Counted from the first letter of the stretch, positions 40,016 to 53,060 are shown. The stretch: 64,000 nt of DNA from Blastocatellia bacterium (GCA_963809065.1 CAWEIN010000024.1:20734-84733), one strand, 5' to 3'. The notes: generated by a model from the sequence alone, not told the origin. Made by a program: numbers and translations.

Positions 40016-42004
40016 TCACGCCAGGGTAAGTTCGCGTTCGCGCAAGACCTTAATTCGATCGCGCAGCTCAGCCGCCTTCTCAAACTCAAATCGTTTTGCC
40101 GCTCCACGCATTTCGGTTTCGAGTCTCGCTATCGTCGCTTCAATATTTGCAGGCGAGTAATCTTCGATATCATCCAATTCGGTTGGCATCTTGAAGTAGT
40201 CAGCCTCGGAAGCAGTTATCAGAGTTGACTCAATCGGCTTTACGATCGTCATTGGCGTAATTCCCTGCTCCTCGTTGTACGCCTCCTGAATCGAACGGCG
40301 GCGGCGAGTCTCGTCCATGGCCCGCTTCATCGACTCAGTGATGCGATCCGCGTAAAGAATCGCTTTGCCCTTCGAGTTTCGCGCGGTGCGACCGATTGTT
40401 TGTATAAGCGACTGTTCGGAACGCAGAAACCCCTCCTTGTCCGCGTCAAGGATCGCTACCAGTGAAACTTCCGGAAGGTCAAGACCTTCACGCAGGAGAT
40501 TGATGCCAACCAGAACATCAAACTCCCCGCGTCTCAGATCACGCAGGATTTTTATGCGCTCAAGCGTCTCAATGTCCGAATGCAGGTAACGCACGCGCAC
40601 GCCAACTTCCGTGAAATATTCAGTCAGGTCTTCCGCCATCCGCTTAGTCAGAGTTGTTACCAGCACGCGCTCGTGACGCTCAGCTCGTTGCCGGCATTCC
40701 TCAAGCAGGTGATCGATCTGACCCTTGACCGGTTGCACTTCAACTTCCGGATCCAACAAGCCCGTCGGCCTGATGATTTGCTCAATTACCTCACCGCCCG
40801 ACTTGGTTAACTCATACGGGCCAGGCGTTGCCGAGACATACATTGTTTGTCCGATGCGAGCTTCAAACTCACTAAAGTTCAACGGGCGATTATCGAGTGC
40901 CGAAGGCAAACGGAAGCCATACTCAACCAAAGTGCGTTTGCGCGACTGATCTCCTTCAAACATGCCGCGAATCTGCGGAATGCTTTGGTGCGACTCGTCA
41001 ATTACCATCATGGTGTCACGTGGCAGATAGTCGAGCAGCGTAGGGGGCGGCTCCCCTTGTTTTTTGCCGGTAAGATGGCGTGAATAGTTTTCAATGCCGC
41101 GACAGAAGCCCATCTCCTTGATTAGTTCCAGATCAAACATAGTGCGCTGATGCAGGCGCTGCGCTTCGAGTAGTTTGCCTTCAGCGATCAGCTTGGGCTC
41201 CCACCACTCCAGCTCTTCCTTGATGGATTTCAGCGCTCGTTTGATCGTAGGCCTCGACATTACATAGTGACTCTTGGGGTAGATTGGGACGCGTGTCGTG
41301 TGTTTGGTAATTACTTCACCAAGTAGCGGGTCAATTGTGGAGATTGAATCTACTTCCTCTCCCCAGAGCTCTATGCGAAACGCCTGGTCCTGATAACTTG
41401 GATAGATCTCCACCACGTCGCCGCGCACCCGAAAACTCCCGCGCTGAAAGTTCACGTCGTTACGTTCATACTGCAACTCGACCAATCGTTGCAGCAGCGC
41501 TTCGCGCGTAATCCGCGTGCCTGGTTCCAGAAAAAGCAGCATGCCGTAGTAGGCGTCTGGGTCACCGAGGCCATAGATACAAGAGACACTGGCAACAACA
41601 ATCACATCGCGCCGTTCAAACAACGCGCGGGTCGCCGACATGCGTAAACGATCGATTTCCTGGTTAACGATCGCCTCCTTCTCAATGTAGACGTCACCGG
41701 CCGGCATATAGGCTTCAGGCTGGTAGTAGTCGTAATAGGAGACGAAGTATTCGACGGCATTATCCGGAAAGAGCGACCTGAACTCCTGATAAAGCTGAGC
41801 TGCCAAAGTCTTGTTGTGAGCCAGGACGAGTGTGGGACGTTGGGTCTGTTGAATAACACTCGCGATAGTGAAGGTCTTGCCGCTGCCGGTAATTCCGAGC
41901 AGAACCTGATCCTTAAGGCCTTCGCTGAGCCCTCGCACCAGAGCCTCGATGGCCTGGGGCTGATCGCCTTTGGGTTGGTAAGTTGATTGCAGCTTAAAAG
42001 GCAT
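40016..42004 (-). CDS. uvrB: Excinuclease ABC subunit B
   Basis: [14 protein letters not shown] box, C-terminal UVR domain ([17 protein letters not shown]). Confidence 0.96.
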   Translation of the reverse strand: MPFKLQSTYQPKGDQPQAIEALVRGLSEGLKDQVLLGITGSGKTFTIASVIQQTQRPTLVLAHNKTLAAQLYQEFRSLFPDNAVEYFVSYYDYYQPEAYMPAGDVYIEKEAIVNQEIDRLRMSATRALFERRDVIVVASVSCIYGLGDPDAYYGMLLFLEPGTRITREALLQRLVELQYERNDVNFQRGSFRVRGDVVEIYPSYQDQAFRIELWGEEVDSISTIDPLLGEVITKHTTRVPIYPKSHYVMSRPTIKRALKSIKEELEWWEPKLIAEGKLLEAQRLHQRTMFDLELIKEMGFCRGIENYSRHLTGKKQGEPPPTLLDYLPRDTMMVIDESHQSIPQIRGMFEGDQSRKRTLVEYGFRLPSALDNRPLNFSEFEARIGQTMYVSATPGPYELTKSGGEVIEQIIRPTGLLDPEVEVQPVKGQIDHLLEECRQRAERHERVLVTTLTKRMAEDLTEYFTEVGVRVRYLHSDIETLERIKILRDLRRGEFDVLVGINLLREGLDLPEVSLVAILDADKEGFLRSEQSLIQTIGRTARNSKGKAILYADRITESMKRAMDETRRRRSIQEAYNEEQGITPMTIVKPIESTLITASEADYFKMPTELDDIEDYSPANIEATIARLETEMRGAAKRFEFEKAAELRDRIKVLRERELTLA

Positions 42005-42440
42005 GTGAAGGTAGATAGTAAATGGTAAGTCGCAAATTGTGAAAAGCAGTGAAAGCTGAGCTAGCTGTGCAGTAGCCCGACAGTGATGGAGGGCTCAGGT
42101 TCGTGACACTCGATCCTCGAACTATGCCTGAGACTGGAAAGCCGCGAAGAACCTGGAAGTTCTTTGCGGCTTTCATGTCGAACCTGACTTTTGTTTTCGC
42201 CCAGGCTGCGGAGTGCGCTCTCACGAGCCTGGCTGCCAATCTCGTAAATCTCTTCCGTAACCGCCGAGCGAACTTTCCACTGTCTGAAAATCTCGTCGAT
42301 CGCTTTGGCTGGTTCTTGATTGTCGTGGAGCCATTCTCTTCGATTGTGTAGTCTTCTTCTTCGACTGGCAGGACGCCTCGGCTTTCGCGCGCACGAGCTT
42401 CGATCTCAAATCTTTCGCTCTCTTCCACAATCCCCAACGC
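41994..42440 (-). CDS. Hypothetical protein; start and frame uncertain
   Basis: The minus-strand frame is open across the AMIN-gene/uvrB spacer. A second frame ([38 protein letters not shown]) looks equally protein-like. No family recognised. Confidence 0.25.
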   Translation of the reverse strand, partial: ALGIVEESERFEIEARARESRGVLPVEEEDYTIEENGSTTIKNQPKRSTRFSDSGKFARRLRKRFTRLAARLVRAHSAAWAKTKVRFDMKAAKNFQVLRGFPVSGIVRGSSVTNLSPPSLSGYCTASSAFTAFHNLRLTIYYLPSHAF

Positions 42441-42499
42441 TTCAACTTCCCGCCTTGGCGCGGGTTTTCCTGTGCACTGAAGTTGGGCGTCCTCGTCTC

Positions 42500-43405
42500 T
42501 TAATTGCGCTTCAGCCTGTCCTGACGACGATGCACAACAAAAACCAGATAGAGAATGAGGCTGAGCGGGATCAGCGCACCGAGCAATGTGGCCAGCCGAT
42601 TCGCCGACATCCACAGACTCACGGCGGCCATGGAGATTCCCGAACCAGAAGAACTGTTCGCTGGACCGGAACTTGACTGCGCGATTGGTGTCGAGGCCGA
42701 CAATGGTTGATAACTCGTAGACGTGCCCGGCGACAGAATCGACGACGGTGACGACGAAGGCGAAGCAGATGCCGCCACGTTTGCCGCCGTCAACTGGTTA
42801 TTTTCCGAATTGTTCGAATTCGTTTTTGGATATGCTTGCCGAGGGGGATCGATCGATCCAATCGAACCGTCTCGGCCGGTAACCGTTCGTACACGAGACG
42901 CTGCTGAATCTGAGGGCCCTGGTCCAGCCGTCGCAGGTCCGCGATCTCCTGAAGGATTTTCCGAATTGAGTAAAGGGATTCTGTTTGCCGCTGAAAAAAC
43001 AACGTCCAGGTGATTTCCGCGCTGATCGACTCGCGCCGTCGCGCCCGGCTGCAATTTAAAAGAAACGATTTGGCTATCGCCCACCTTTTGAACCTGAATA
43101 TCTTCAAAACCGTCTGCCCGGAAGTGCGGCGCTGGCGCAGCAAGATCCGCGAGCGAAATCTTGACATAGAACCGATCGCCGCGACGGAAGGCTTTGTAGT
43201 CGATCAACGGCGAGTCTGAGACTACTGTCACACGCGAACCTTCAGCAGCCCCTCCCAGTTGTATCGCGGTAATCTGCTTGTTCTCTCTAACCTGCGACGC
43301 GGCCGGTGTGAAAAAAAGTAAAGTCAAAGACACACAAAACAGCAACGCGACGCCGTTGGGCCGTTTCTTTTCTAAATTCATAGACTTAAGAAGTTCGGTT
43401 TTCAT
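42500..43405 (-). CDS. AMIN-domain protein with a Ser/Pro-rich linker and a C-terminal TM anchor
   Basis: Signal/TM segment GVALLFCVSLTLLFF. AMIN-like block ITAIQLGGAAEGSRVTVVSDSPLIDYKAFRRGDRFYVKI...LDVVFS. C-terminal TM LLGALIPLSLILYLVFVV. The start is 43405 or 43381. Confidence 0.5.
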   Translation of the reverse strand: MKTELLKSMNLEKKRPNGVALLFCVSLTLLFFTPAASQVRENKQITAIQLGGAAEGSRVTVVSDSPLIDYKAFRRGDRFYVKISLADLAAPAPHFRADGFEDIQVQKVGDSQIVSFKLQPGATARVDQRGNHLDVVFSAANRIPLLNSENPSGDRGPATAGPGPSDSAASRVRTVTGRDGSIGSIDPPRQAYPKTNSNNSENNQLTAANVAASASPSSSPSSILSPGTSTSYQPLSASTPIAQSSSGPANSSSGSGISMAAVSLWMSANRLATLLGALIPLSLILYLVFVVHRRQDRLKRN

Positions 43406-43628
43406 TGGGGGAAAGAGGTTCGGCAGTAGCATCAGCTGATCCTCGGCGCGGGCAGTCCAGAGAATCACATTTCAAGATCAGCCGAGTCATGGTTGGCCTC
43501 CGCTTCGGAATTAGGTTGCTGAATCGGCTACTGATAGTGAGCGTCTGACCGGCGTGAAGATCCACTTGCCATCACTGCCCCGCCAAACCTTACTAACCCC
43601 ATGTCGGAGCATCCTGCTGCGCTCGAAT

Positions 43629-44057
43629 TCAGCCCTCAACCGTTGGATTCTCTGTCCATTCCGCGTCGTCCGAATTCTCCGCGCGCACACTTTCCGATAC
43701 TTGTACGACCGCTTGCTGCGAACGAAGCTTGGGCGATACACGCAAAACAAACAGACCCAGCGCTATGACAATGAAAACACTGGTGGTGGAATAAACTGAG
43801 GCCAACGCGTTCAACGCAACCTCATCTTCGCCCTGGACGGTTACTTCCTCGCCTGCCGCGCCATCGCGTTCGGGGCGTGATTGTGCCGGAAGGGCCGAGC
43901 TGGGAGAATCGCGCCGCGATTGTTGGGCATAGGTCCCACCAATAACCGCAAGCGACAAGATCATCGCAGCGCCAAACCTGAATCCAACCCGAGCAAAGCT
44001 AGGCCTTTGGTTCAGACTACAAATTACCAATTGTCTCAGAATGAAAAGATTCTTCAT
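43629..44057 (-). CDS. Hypothetical membrane protein
   Basis: 142-aa ORF with two hydrophobic segments, lying between the response regulator and the AMIN gene on the same strand. Confidence 0.4.
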   Translation of the reverse strand: MKNLFILRQLVICSLNQRPSFARVGFRFGAAMILSLAVIGGTYAQQSRRDSPSSALPAQSRPERDGAAGEEVTVQGEDEVALNALASVYSTTSVFIVIALGLFVLRVSPKLRSQQAVVQVSESVRAENSDDAEWTENPTVEG

Positions 44058-44182
44058 GTTGTGGAAGGTGGCCGGGAAGTACTGGCCTTTGGATTGGCTC
44101 TGGGCCGGCTGGAAGAAATCAATCGCGAGTCTGTTGATTAAGACCGGCAGTTGATTTTTGGGAGAGAGCGGACAAACTAACG

Positions 44183-44956
44183 TTACTGTTCGTCGCTAAA
44201 CTTGTAGCCAATTCCCCAAACGGTTAGGACCATTTGAGGATTCTCCGGATTTTCTTCGATCTTGGCTCGCAACCGGTTGATGTGTGAATCAATAGTCCGG
44301 TCGTAACCTTCGTAAGAGTAGTCCCAGATCTTTTCAAGCAGGTATTTGCGGGGAAAGACCCTACCCGGGTTCGCTGCGAAGAGGCGGAGGAGATCAAACT
44401 CTTTTGGAGTCAATTCCACTTGCCGCTCTCCGATAGTAACTTCTCGTCTTGCTGGATCAATGCGTAGGCTGCCACGAACGACTGGAGCCTCATCTTTGCT
44501 GGCGTCGGTGCTGACGGGCGTTCGACTGCGACGAAGGACTGATTTGATGCGGGCTTCAAGTTCACGCAAGCTAAATGGCTTGGTGATGTAATCATCCGCG
44601 CCCATTTCGAGGCCAAGTACTTTATCAACCACGTCGTCTTTCGCGGTGAGCATGAGAATCGGCATGTGACTCGCCTTTTCACGAAGCTCGCGGCAAACAG
44701 CCAGACCGTCCATTTTTGGCAGCATGAGATCGAGAACTACAGCATCGGGAGGATCATCCAGTGCTGCCTTCACACCCATCAAGCCATCTTCGACGGTTTT
44801 CACGTTATAACCTGCGCGAGAGAAGTACTCGCTGATTGCGCTCGAAATATTTTCGTCGTCTTCAACGACGAGCAGTGAAACTCTGCGCTCGAGCGGTTCG
44901 GCTGGTTGACTATTGTCCCTGGACGTTTTCTGTCTGTCAGCGGCTGTGTTCGTCAT
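44183..44956 (-). CDS. OmpR/PhoB-family response regulator
   Basis: Receiver motifs LLVVEDDE, VVLDLMLPKMDG, LTAKD and a KP motif. Winged helix LTPKEFDLLRLFAANPGRVF...RTIDSHINRLRAKIE. Start at 44956. Confidence 0.9.
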   Translation of the reverse strand: MTNTAADRQKTSRDNSQPAEPLERRVSLLVVEDDENISSAISEYFSRAGYNVKTVEDGLMGVKAALDDPPDAVVLDLMLPKMDGLAVCRELREKASHMPILMLTAKDDVVDKVLGLEMGADDYITKPFSLRELEARIKSVLRRSRTPVSTDASKDEAPVVRGSLRIDPARREVTIGERQVELTPKEFDLLRLFAANPGRVFPRKYLLEKIWDYSYEGYDRTIDSHINRLRAKIEENPENPQMVLTVWGIGYKFSDEQ

Positions 44957-45265
44957 CAGAATGACCCAGAAGGAACTGACATGCAGGGGTTTTGGAGGTC
45001 TGGCGTCATGGGGTACAACGCCACGTCGGGCGAACGGAATACTACAGGACAACCCCGGCAAACTCAAGCCCTAACTTTTGCTGGCTCAACGGCAAAGCCC
45101 ACAAGGCCAACATTATGGAGCACCCGACGTATATTTCCAGAAACCGGACCATCCCCTAAGGTCCGAATAGCGAAATCACCGATAAGAGTCTTTCGTACGA
45201 GCCAGGCGCCGATCGCTTTCAGCACGTGCCCAAAAAAGTCTGAACAGGACTGACCATTCTACAAC

Positions 45266-47875
45266 TCATGGGGTTTGCGTACCCTGGCTGGCAGTTCCGG
45301 CGACTGACTTACGAAGGGCTATCTCATACTCACCGAGTCGGGCCCTCATTCGGCCCGAAATCCCACCGTTGCGGGCTATTTGCTCCAAAACTGCAAGCCC
45401 CTTCGGATCCCCCAAACTAACCAAGGCATCACCGGCAGCTGTTGCCAGATTATAGTCGTCAGCCTCGAAGCCTTTACCGGCTGCCTCAGCGACCACCTTA
45501 AACGCCCTGGGTTCGTAGGCCCCAATTCGTCCCAGCAATCGGAGCGCTGCTGCTCTCACCTGACTGGCATTACCCACTGCTGCGTAACGAAGACCCACGT
45601 CAAGCGATCTCTTGTCCCTTAATTCGCCGAGTCCCGCTAGCGCTGAAGCCTTTATGTTGTCACGCCACGACGGCAGATTCAGCAGCTTTACCAATGATGG
45701 GTAGGCTTCGGGGCTTTTCGTATCACCGAGCGCTAAGGCGGCGACCTTGATAACCGCGTAACTCTGATCGTTCAAAAACTTCAAATATAAACTTGCCAGC
45801 CCAGGGTCTTTGGAAACTGCCAGTGAAGCTATGGCCCTGGCGCGCACGCGAGCGTTGACATCGCCGGTCGCCGCAATTAGTGCGTTTCGCGTGCTGGGCG
45901 CTTTCAGGTCCGCAAGCGCGGTAACAGCGTTGACTCTGACGCCCCAGAATTTGTCATTAGTGGCAACGTTTGAAAACGCTTGCGCTATTTGCTGTTTCTC
46001 AGTTTCCGAAATCGTCGGCGCCCCGATGCGGGTTTGAAGTTGACCGAGCGCCCAAACTCGTCCCAGAACGTCTTCATCTCGCGTCATTTGATAAGCCAAT
46101 TCATCAGTGGTTTTCTCAAACTCCAATTCCTTGATTAAGGTGCCGTGATAATCAAAGTTGACCAGCAACGGTTTTGAGTCAACCGCTAAGCTAAAGATCT
46201 GTTGCTTCTTTGGAAGAATTTGCACTCGCTCGAGGCGCATTCCCGCAGCCGTACCGATCTCTATGTTCACTGGAGTCTGAAAGAGCGCCACTTGAGGAAA
46301 CTGGGACGTGTTATCGATCGTCTGTAGTTGTTCGACGGAAAGGGTCAAAATCTTCGTGGCAGGATTGTAGTCTTGCTTAACGCGGAAAATTGGATGCCCC
46401 ATTTTGTAGAGCCATTCGTCGAAGAACCAATCCATTGCCTGACCAGTAGATTCCTCAATCGCAATCCGAAATTGCTCGGTCTCTACCGGTTGATTGGCAT
46501 ACTTGTTCAGGTAGTAGTTGATTGCTCTCCACCAATTGTCTTCACCAAGCGCTTGCCTGAGCATGTGTAGCACGGCCCCACCGCGCGGGTAGGCATAGGT
46601 GTCGAAAACTGAATCGGGCGTGGCGTAGTTCTTCGTCACAATTGGATGACGGTTGCCCTGCTTCCAGGCAGCAAGGTAGGCATCCTGGTTGGCTTTTACA
46701 TCCGAATAGAGAAAATCGTCGCCACCCAATTTGTGTTCATCCCACATCGCCTGGAAGTAGGTCGCAAAACTTTCATTAAGCCAAATGTCGGACCAATCCC
46801 TGCACGTGACGTAGTCACCAAACCACTGGTGTGCCAGCTCGTGAGCCTGTAGGCCGTCGGTGTTTGAATCGAGTTCAGTGCGCGCATCGTGAATCATATT
46901 ATCCGTTTGCGTTGTGGCGCTGATGTTTTCCATTCCGCCGCCAAAATCACGTGCAGTGGTTTGAGCATACTTCGCGTAGGGATACTTCAATCCCGTCTTC
47001 TCAGAAAAGAACTTAACCATCTCCGCTAGCCGTGCAGTACTCGCTTTGCCTTCCTTGACTTCGCTGGGATAGACATTGGTGATGATTGGAATGCCCAGGT
47101 ACTCGCTGACGATCGGAACGTACTCGCCCACGATAATTGAGGTCAGGTAACTGGCGTGTGGCTGCTCTATTTTCCAATGGAAGGTGCGCGTTCCATCCTT
47201 GTTCTCTTTGGTGTCAAGGAGCTTTCCGTTTGAGATTACCGATAGCGGTTTCTCTACAGTAGCCGTAATCTCAGAAGTGAAGAAATCATTCGGATGGTCA
47301 TAACAGGGAAACCAATAGTGGTTGTACTCACTTTCTCCCTGCGACCAAATCTGCTTTGGCCTCGTAGGATCGTCAGGCGTTGGCTTGATGAACCTCAGCG
47401 GCGCTCCCACTAAACCGGCAAGCTTCGATTGCGGGCCGTTGGTGTGGTACTCAATAACCAGGCTAACTTCGTCAGTTGGCTGATATGGACGTCCTAGTTC
47501 TATGCGCAACTTTTGGTTGGCCGGATCCATCTCAAACTTCAGCTCGGCTCCGCCCATTTTTACTGAGGAAATCGTCATTTCTGCGGCATCAAGCTCTATC
47601 TTTCGCAAATCCGCGACCAGTGGTTTGAAGCTTAAGTTTTCGACACCACTGAGCTCTTCCTGTTCCCAGTTAAACCTAATATCGAGGGCAATATGCCGCG
47701 TATCGAAATTTCGATCAGGAATGTATTGAATCGGCGGAAGTAAGTGTGATTGCTGAGCGGTCTGAAGAACCTTGTCAAGAACCGGCAAAGTCTTCCCGAA
47801 TGTAGTTGTCGTCAGAATCAATATCAGGACTAACGAGAGGACCTGAAGTTCACGCCGAAAAATACGAAACCTCAT
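45266..47875 (-). CDS. M1-family aminopeptidase (aminopeptidase N-like) with C-terminal HEAT/ARM repeats
   Basis: GGMEN exopeptidase motif; HELAHQWFGD...WLNESFATY zinc site; signal peptide; HEAT-like repeats in the last ~250 aa. Confidence 0.9.
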   Translation of the reverse strand: MRFRIFRRELQVLSLVLILILTTTTFGKTLPVLDKVLQTAQQSHLLPPIQYIPDRNFDTRHIALDIRFNWEQEELSGVENLSFKPLVADLRKIELDAAEMTISSVKMGGAELKFEMDPANQKLRIELGRPYQPTDEVSLVIEYHTNGPQSKLAGLVGAPLRFIKPTPDDPTRPKQIWSQGESEYNHYWFPCYDHPNDFFTSEITATVEKPLSVISNGKLLDTKENKDGTRTFHWKIEQPHASYLTSIIVGEYVPIVSEYLGIPIITNVYPSEVKEGKASTARLAEMVKFFSEKTGLKYPYAKYAQTTARDFGGGMENISATTQTDNMIHDARTELDSNTDGLQAHELAHQWFGDYVTCRDWSDIWLNESFATYFQAMWDEHKLGGDDFLYSDVKANQDAYLAAWKQGNRHPIVTKNYATPDSVFDTYAYPRGGAVLHMLRQALGEDNWWRAINYYLNKYANQPVETEQFRIAIEESTGQAMDWFFDEWLYKMGHPIFRVKQDYNPATKILTLSVEQLQTIDNTSQFPQVALFQTPVNIEIGTAAGMRLERVQILPKKQQIFSLAVDSKPLLVNFDYHGTLIKELEFEKTTDELAYQMTRDEDVLGRVWALGQLQTRIGAPTISETEKQQIAQAFSNVATNDKFWGVRVNAVTALADLKAPSTRNALIAATGDVNARVRARAIASLAVSKDPGLASLYLKFLNDQSYAVIKVAALALGDTKSPEAYPSLVKLLNLPSWRDNIKASALAGLGELRDKRSLDVGLRYAAVGNASQVRAAALRLLGRIGAYEPRAFKVVAEAAGKGFEADDYNLATAAGDALVSLGDPKGLAVLEQIARNGGISGRMRARLGEYEIALRKSVAGTASQGTQTP

Positions 47876-48145
47876 TTAATAATTTCTCCTGCAGTTGGAA
47901 TTCCTAAGTGCATTGGAACCAGAAATCTTATGTAAGCCTTAATTTCACCTCGCGGTTATTGTTGCACGGAAGGCGTCGGTCTGAAAGCCAGTACGGCGGC
48001 CCACTTCGACTCTTAACGCAGGCCTATTCTGTTAGCCTGATATTTTTCTTGCTGGTTGCGCCCACTGGGACTTCGACGCGCGACATCGCCGTCGGTAATA
48101 GCGAAGAGTGGTATCAATACTGACAAAGTTAAAACCATTGCTTTC

Positions 48146-48174
48146 TTGACAAAGTTTTTTCACGCGAGCAGAAT
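48146..48174 (+). promoter_or_regulatory. Candidate sigma-70 promoter of purC
   Basis: TTGACA at 48146-48151, a 17-nt spacer, then CAGAAT at 48169-48174, about 60 nt upstream of the ATG at 48236. Confidence 0.35.
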
Positions 48175-48235
48175 CTTCGCTCGCCGCTTCTCAAGAAAAA
48201 TTCTTTCAAGCATTGCGAATAGCAGCCACTACCAA

Positions 48236-49126
48236 ATGACAACAGCTACCAGCTCACAAATGTCCGTTAACCTAAATTTGTTGAAACGTGGAAAAGTCCG
48301 GGATGTCTATGAAGTTGATGACTCCCGTCTCCTGATCGTAGCCACCGATCGAATCTCCGCGTTCGATTGCATCCTGCCGACAGCTATCGCGCGCAAGGGC
48401 GAGGTCTTAACTTCTCTCTCGAAGTTTTGGTTTGAGAAGCTCGCGCACATCGTTCCAAACCATTTCATCACAATCGACAACGAGGAGATGCCTGAAGCGG
48501 TCAAGCAAGCTGCGGACCTTAAGGGGCGCTCAATGCTCGTCAGCAAAGCTGAGGTCTTCCCGGTGGAATGTGTTGTGCGCGGCTACCTTGTAGGATCCGG
48601 TTGGAAAGACTACCTGCGGACGGGCGAAGTGTGCGGCCACAAATTACCCGAAAATCTGCTCGAGTCCGCGGAATTAGAGGAGCCAATCTTTACGCCTTCG
48701 ACCAAAGCAGATGTAGGCCATGACGAAAACATTAGCGAGGATCGAGTGCGGGAACTGCTCGGTGCAGATACCGCAAACTATCTGCGTGAAACTTCTCTGC
48801 GTCTCTATAATGAAGCACGAAGCTACGCCCGTGGCCGCGGAATAATCATCGCCGATACAAAGTTTGAGTTTGGACGCGATCAAAATGGTCAAATAATTCT
48901 GGTTGATGAAGTGTTGACTCCGGATTCCTCCCGCTTTTGGCCCGCGGAGAGCTATAACCCCGGCAAATCACAAGCCTCATTTGATAAGCAGTTTGTGCGC
49001 GACTATCTGGAAACGCTTGACTGGAACAAGCAGCCACCCGCCCCACCTTTGCCCGCGGAAGTTGCCTCTGCGACCACGTCTCGTTATCTGGAAGCGTACC
49101 GCCTGCTAACCGGCGAAGAACTCTGA
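48236..49126 (+). CDS. purC: Phosphoribosylaminoimidazole-succinocarboxamide synthase
   Basis: GKVRDVYEV, LIVATDRISAFD, IIIADTKFEFG. An alternative start at 48260 is possible. Confidence 0.93.
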   Translation: MTTATSSQMSVNLNLLKRGKVRDVYEVDDSRLLIVATDRISAFDCILPTAIARKGEVLTSLSKFWFEKLAHIVPNHFITIDNEEMPEAVKQAADLKGRSMLVSKAEVFPVECVVRGYLVGSGWKDYLRTGEVCGHKLPENLLESAELEEPIFTPSTKADVGHDENISEDRVRELLGADTANYLRETSLRLYNEARSYARGRGIIIADTKFEFGRDQNGQIILVDEVLTPDSSRFWPAESYNPGKSQASFDKQFVRDYLETLDWNKQPPAPPLPAEVASATTSRYLEAYRLLTGEEL

Positions 49127-49160
49127 GTCTAAGTCTATTTGACCTGGGATACTTAAGAAG

Positions 49161-49400
49161 ATGCGCGCCCGGCTCGAAGCCTTAATCGATGAGATGTTGG
49201 ACGGCCACATTCTATTGGCCGAAGCTGTCAACGAATTCGAAAGGCTCTACATCAAGAAAGCACTCGCAAGAAACAAGGATCACCTTTCCAGGACCGCCAA
49301 GGCCCTCGGCATACACCGAAACACGATTTCAAAGCGAGTTGCTGACCAATCCAAAATGAGGCGACCTCTGACCCGTGCCGCACGCAGCGGAACGCGCTAA
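49161..49400 (+). CDS. Fis-family helix-turn-helix DNA-binding protein
   Basis: 79 aa. The end EFERLYIKKALARNKDHLSRTAKALGIHRNTISKRV matches the Fis/NtrC-type HTH pattern. Confidence 0.7.
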   Translation: MRARLEALIDEMLDGHILLAEAVNEFERLYIKKALARNKDHLSRTAKALGIHRNTISKRVADQSKMRRPLTRAARSGTR

Positions 49401-49603
49401 CTACCTCATGATCTTCTCCGGAGACCGCGCGCGTCCCACTCCTACTAGATTTGTCAATTCCCAAATCCTCGCGGCTGCCGCACATGCAGGCGGACGCCCA
49501 CATTTCCGGCGGGCTTTGTCCACCATGCGGAATTGAGTGCTGTCCCGGTGTTTTCCATCTTGACGACACTTGACTTTGCGATAGTGGCTGGCTGCACCGT
49601 CAG

Positions 49604-49734
49604 ACAAAATCAGAACTGGGAGCGATAGCGACCAGCCGATCACTCACTCAACTTTCCAGAAGCTGGAGCGCTGGTGCACATTTTCATGAGTTGACTCCTC
49701 GGCTGGTCGCTATCGCTCCCAGTTCTGATTTTGT
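49604..49734. repeat. REPIN copy 2
   Basis: Arms at 49604-49637 and 49701-49734. The loop shares gtgcacattttcatgagttgactc with other copies. Confidence 0.9.
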
Positions 49735-49807
49735 GTAGAGATCGGCTCCACGAACCACGAGGAGACTTTTTGCGCAAAGCAGATCCTATGAATATGCCCT
49801 GGCATGG

Positions 49808-49836
49808 TTGACATTGATTCCGCAGCGTTTTATGCT
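49808..49836 (+). promoter_or_regulatory. Sigma-70-type promoter of groESL
   Basis: TTGACA at 49808-49813, a 17-nt spacer, then TATGCT at 49831-49836, abutting the CIRCE operator. Confidence 0.6.
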
Positions 49837-49862
49837 TAGCACTCATCCGCAGAGAGTGCTAA
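49836..49862 (+). promoter_or_regulatory. CIRCE operator (HrcA binding site)
   Basis: Perfect TTAGCACTC-N9-GAGTGCTAA, 69 nt upstream of groES. Confidence 0.92.
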
Positions 49863-49930
49863 AGTCGGACGAAGTTCAGTGCTAAAATACGCAATCTTAC
49901 AAGGGAAAACTGAAAGGAGAACTCCAAAGC

Positions 49931-50263
49931 ATGTCGACAAATATTACACCTCTCCATGACCGCGTCATCGTACGCCGCATTGAGGAGGGAGAGCAGGTTC
50001 GTGGGGGAATTATTATCCCCGATTCCGCCAAGGAAAAGCCGCAGGAAGGCGAGGTCGTTGCGGCCGGGGCAGGCAAATACAAGGAAGATGGAACCAGACA
50101 ACCTCTCGACGTCAAACCTGGCGATAGAGTCTTGTTTGGCAAGTACAGTGGTTCTGAAATCAAGATCGACGGTGAAGAGCTGCTGATTATGCGCGAAGAT
50201 GAGATCCTCGGAATCATCGCACGCGCCGGCGCAGCCACTGGAACCAAGAAGGGCGGCAAGTAG
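49931..50263 (+). CDS. groES: Co-chaperonin GroES with a short extended C-terminus
   Basis: [42 protein letters not shown]. Confidence 0.95.
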   Translation: MSTNITPLHDRVIVRRIEEGEQVRGGIIIPDSAKEKPQEGEVVAAGAGKYKEDGTRQPLDVKPGDRVLFGKYSGSEIKIDGEELLIMREDEILGIIARAGAATGTKKGGK

Positions 50264-50298
50264 GGTCCGGAAGACTTGGCCGCTGCTTTTGTTTCTAA

Positions 50299-51987
<1,689 letters not shown>

Positions 51988-52031
51988 CGAAGGCTTGGGG
52001 AACCCAATCAGTTCCCTTCCCTTAAACAAAA

Positions 52032-52075
52032 GCGGCCTGCCTTCTAACAAGAAGTTGGGCCGCCTTTCTTTTGTG
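52032..52075 (+). terminator. Possible intrinsic terminator after groEL
   Basis: gcggcc ... ggccgc stem followed by ctttcttttgt. Confidence 0.4.
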
Positions 52076-52094
52076 CGGTTCCTTCAGTGGCTAC

Positions 52095-52142
52095 ACAAAA
52101 TCAGAACTGGGAGCGACAGCGACCAGCCGATCACTCAACTGA
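52095..52142. repeat. Solo left REP arm plus 14 nt of REPIN loop, truncated at a rearrangement junction
   Basis: 52094-52142 is identical to 52266-52314. After caactga it joins directly to a copy of the RAYT 3' end. Confidence 0.85.
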
Positions 52143-52266
52143 AACCGAGCAGGATGTTATTGACGCAGTAGTGTACGTTCAGTACGAACAGGGTGAATAG
52201 TGTGGAAGTAAAAGACAAAATCAAAACCGCAAGCGATGTGACTCGATGAACGATCACGGTCGGCAC

Positions 52267-52403
52267 ACAAAATCAGAACTGGGAGCGACAGCGACCAGCC
52301 GATCACTCAACTGACAACACTCCGGCTTGGGGCCGCCTCTTTCGTGCACATTTCATAACTTGACACTCTAGCTGGTCGCTATCGCTCCCAGTTCTGATTT
52401 TGT
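52267..52403. repeat. REPIN copy 3 (upstream flank of RAYT)
   Basis: Arms at 52267-52300 and 52371-52403. Confidence 0.9.
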
Positions 52404-52495
52404 GTGGCGAGGTCAAGATTTCTTGCAACAAACGGCAGAAGACAACAAAGCCGAAGTGCTGGTGGAATTCGCACTACGGGTCCTACGATGTTTGT

Positions 52496-52994
52496 ATGGG
52501 GAAGGCCGATTTTGAATTTAGTAATATTCCACAGGCTTATCTTATAACGTTCCGAGGCTACGGAACGTGGCTTCACGGAGACAAACGCGGCTCGGTGGAC
52601 CGAACCCACAACCGATTTGGAACCCCACGCCTGATCCCAAACGAACGGCGACGTCAGCTGAACCTCGAAAGGCTCAAGCATAAACCGGTGCGTTTAGAAG
52701 AACCGCCGAGGCTTCTGGTAGGGGGCGCCATAAGAGAGATTTGTAAGAAGCGCCACTGGGATCTCTGGATTGTGAATGCAAGAACCAATCATATTCATGC
52801 GGTGGTTACCGCACCCTTGCAAGCCAGAACTCGTCTTAACGGCACTTAAAGCAAATGCCACCCGGAAACTAAGAGAGGCTGGCTATTGTGATGGTGAAAG
52901 TCCTTGGGCCAAGCGTGGGAGCAAGAGATATTTGTGGACCGAGCAGGATGTTATTGACGCAGTAGTGTACGTTCAGTACGAACAGGGTGAATAG
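52496..52994 (+). pseudogene. REP-associated tyrosine transposase (RAYT, IS200/IS605-like Y1 HUH transposase), one frameshift near 52810-52830
   Basis: N-terminal AYLITFRGYGTWLHGDKRGSVD and the HUH motif TNHIHAVV lie in frame 2. The continuation KPELVLTALKANATRKLREAGY...SPWAKRGSKRYLWTEQDV (candidate catalytic Tyr in RY) is in frame 3. REPINs flank both sides. Confidence 0.8.
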
Positions 52995-53060
52995 TGTGGA
53001 AGTAAAAGACAAAATCAAAACCGCAGGCGATGTGACTCGATGAACGATCACGGTCGGCAC

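Noticed and set aside
39881-40228. ORFs 39881..40228, 56595..57011 and 56586..56771, which begin [10 protein letters not shown] / end AGRPRSQQ
   Set aside because: These peptides are translations of the GC-rich palindromic repeat arms. The same peptide recurs wherever the repeat occurs.
47876-48235. Purine or ZTP riboswitch in the 360-nt leader of purC
   Set aside because: I could not find the conserved purine-riboswitch junction/loop motifs or the ZTP pseudoknot motif by eye. Only a covariance-model scan could settle this.
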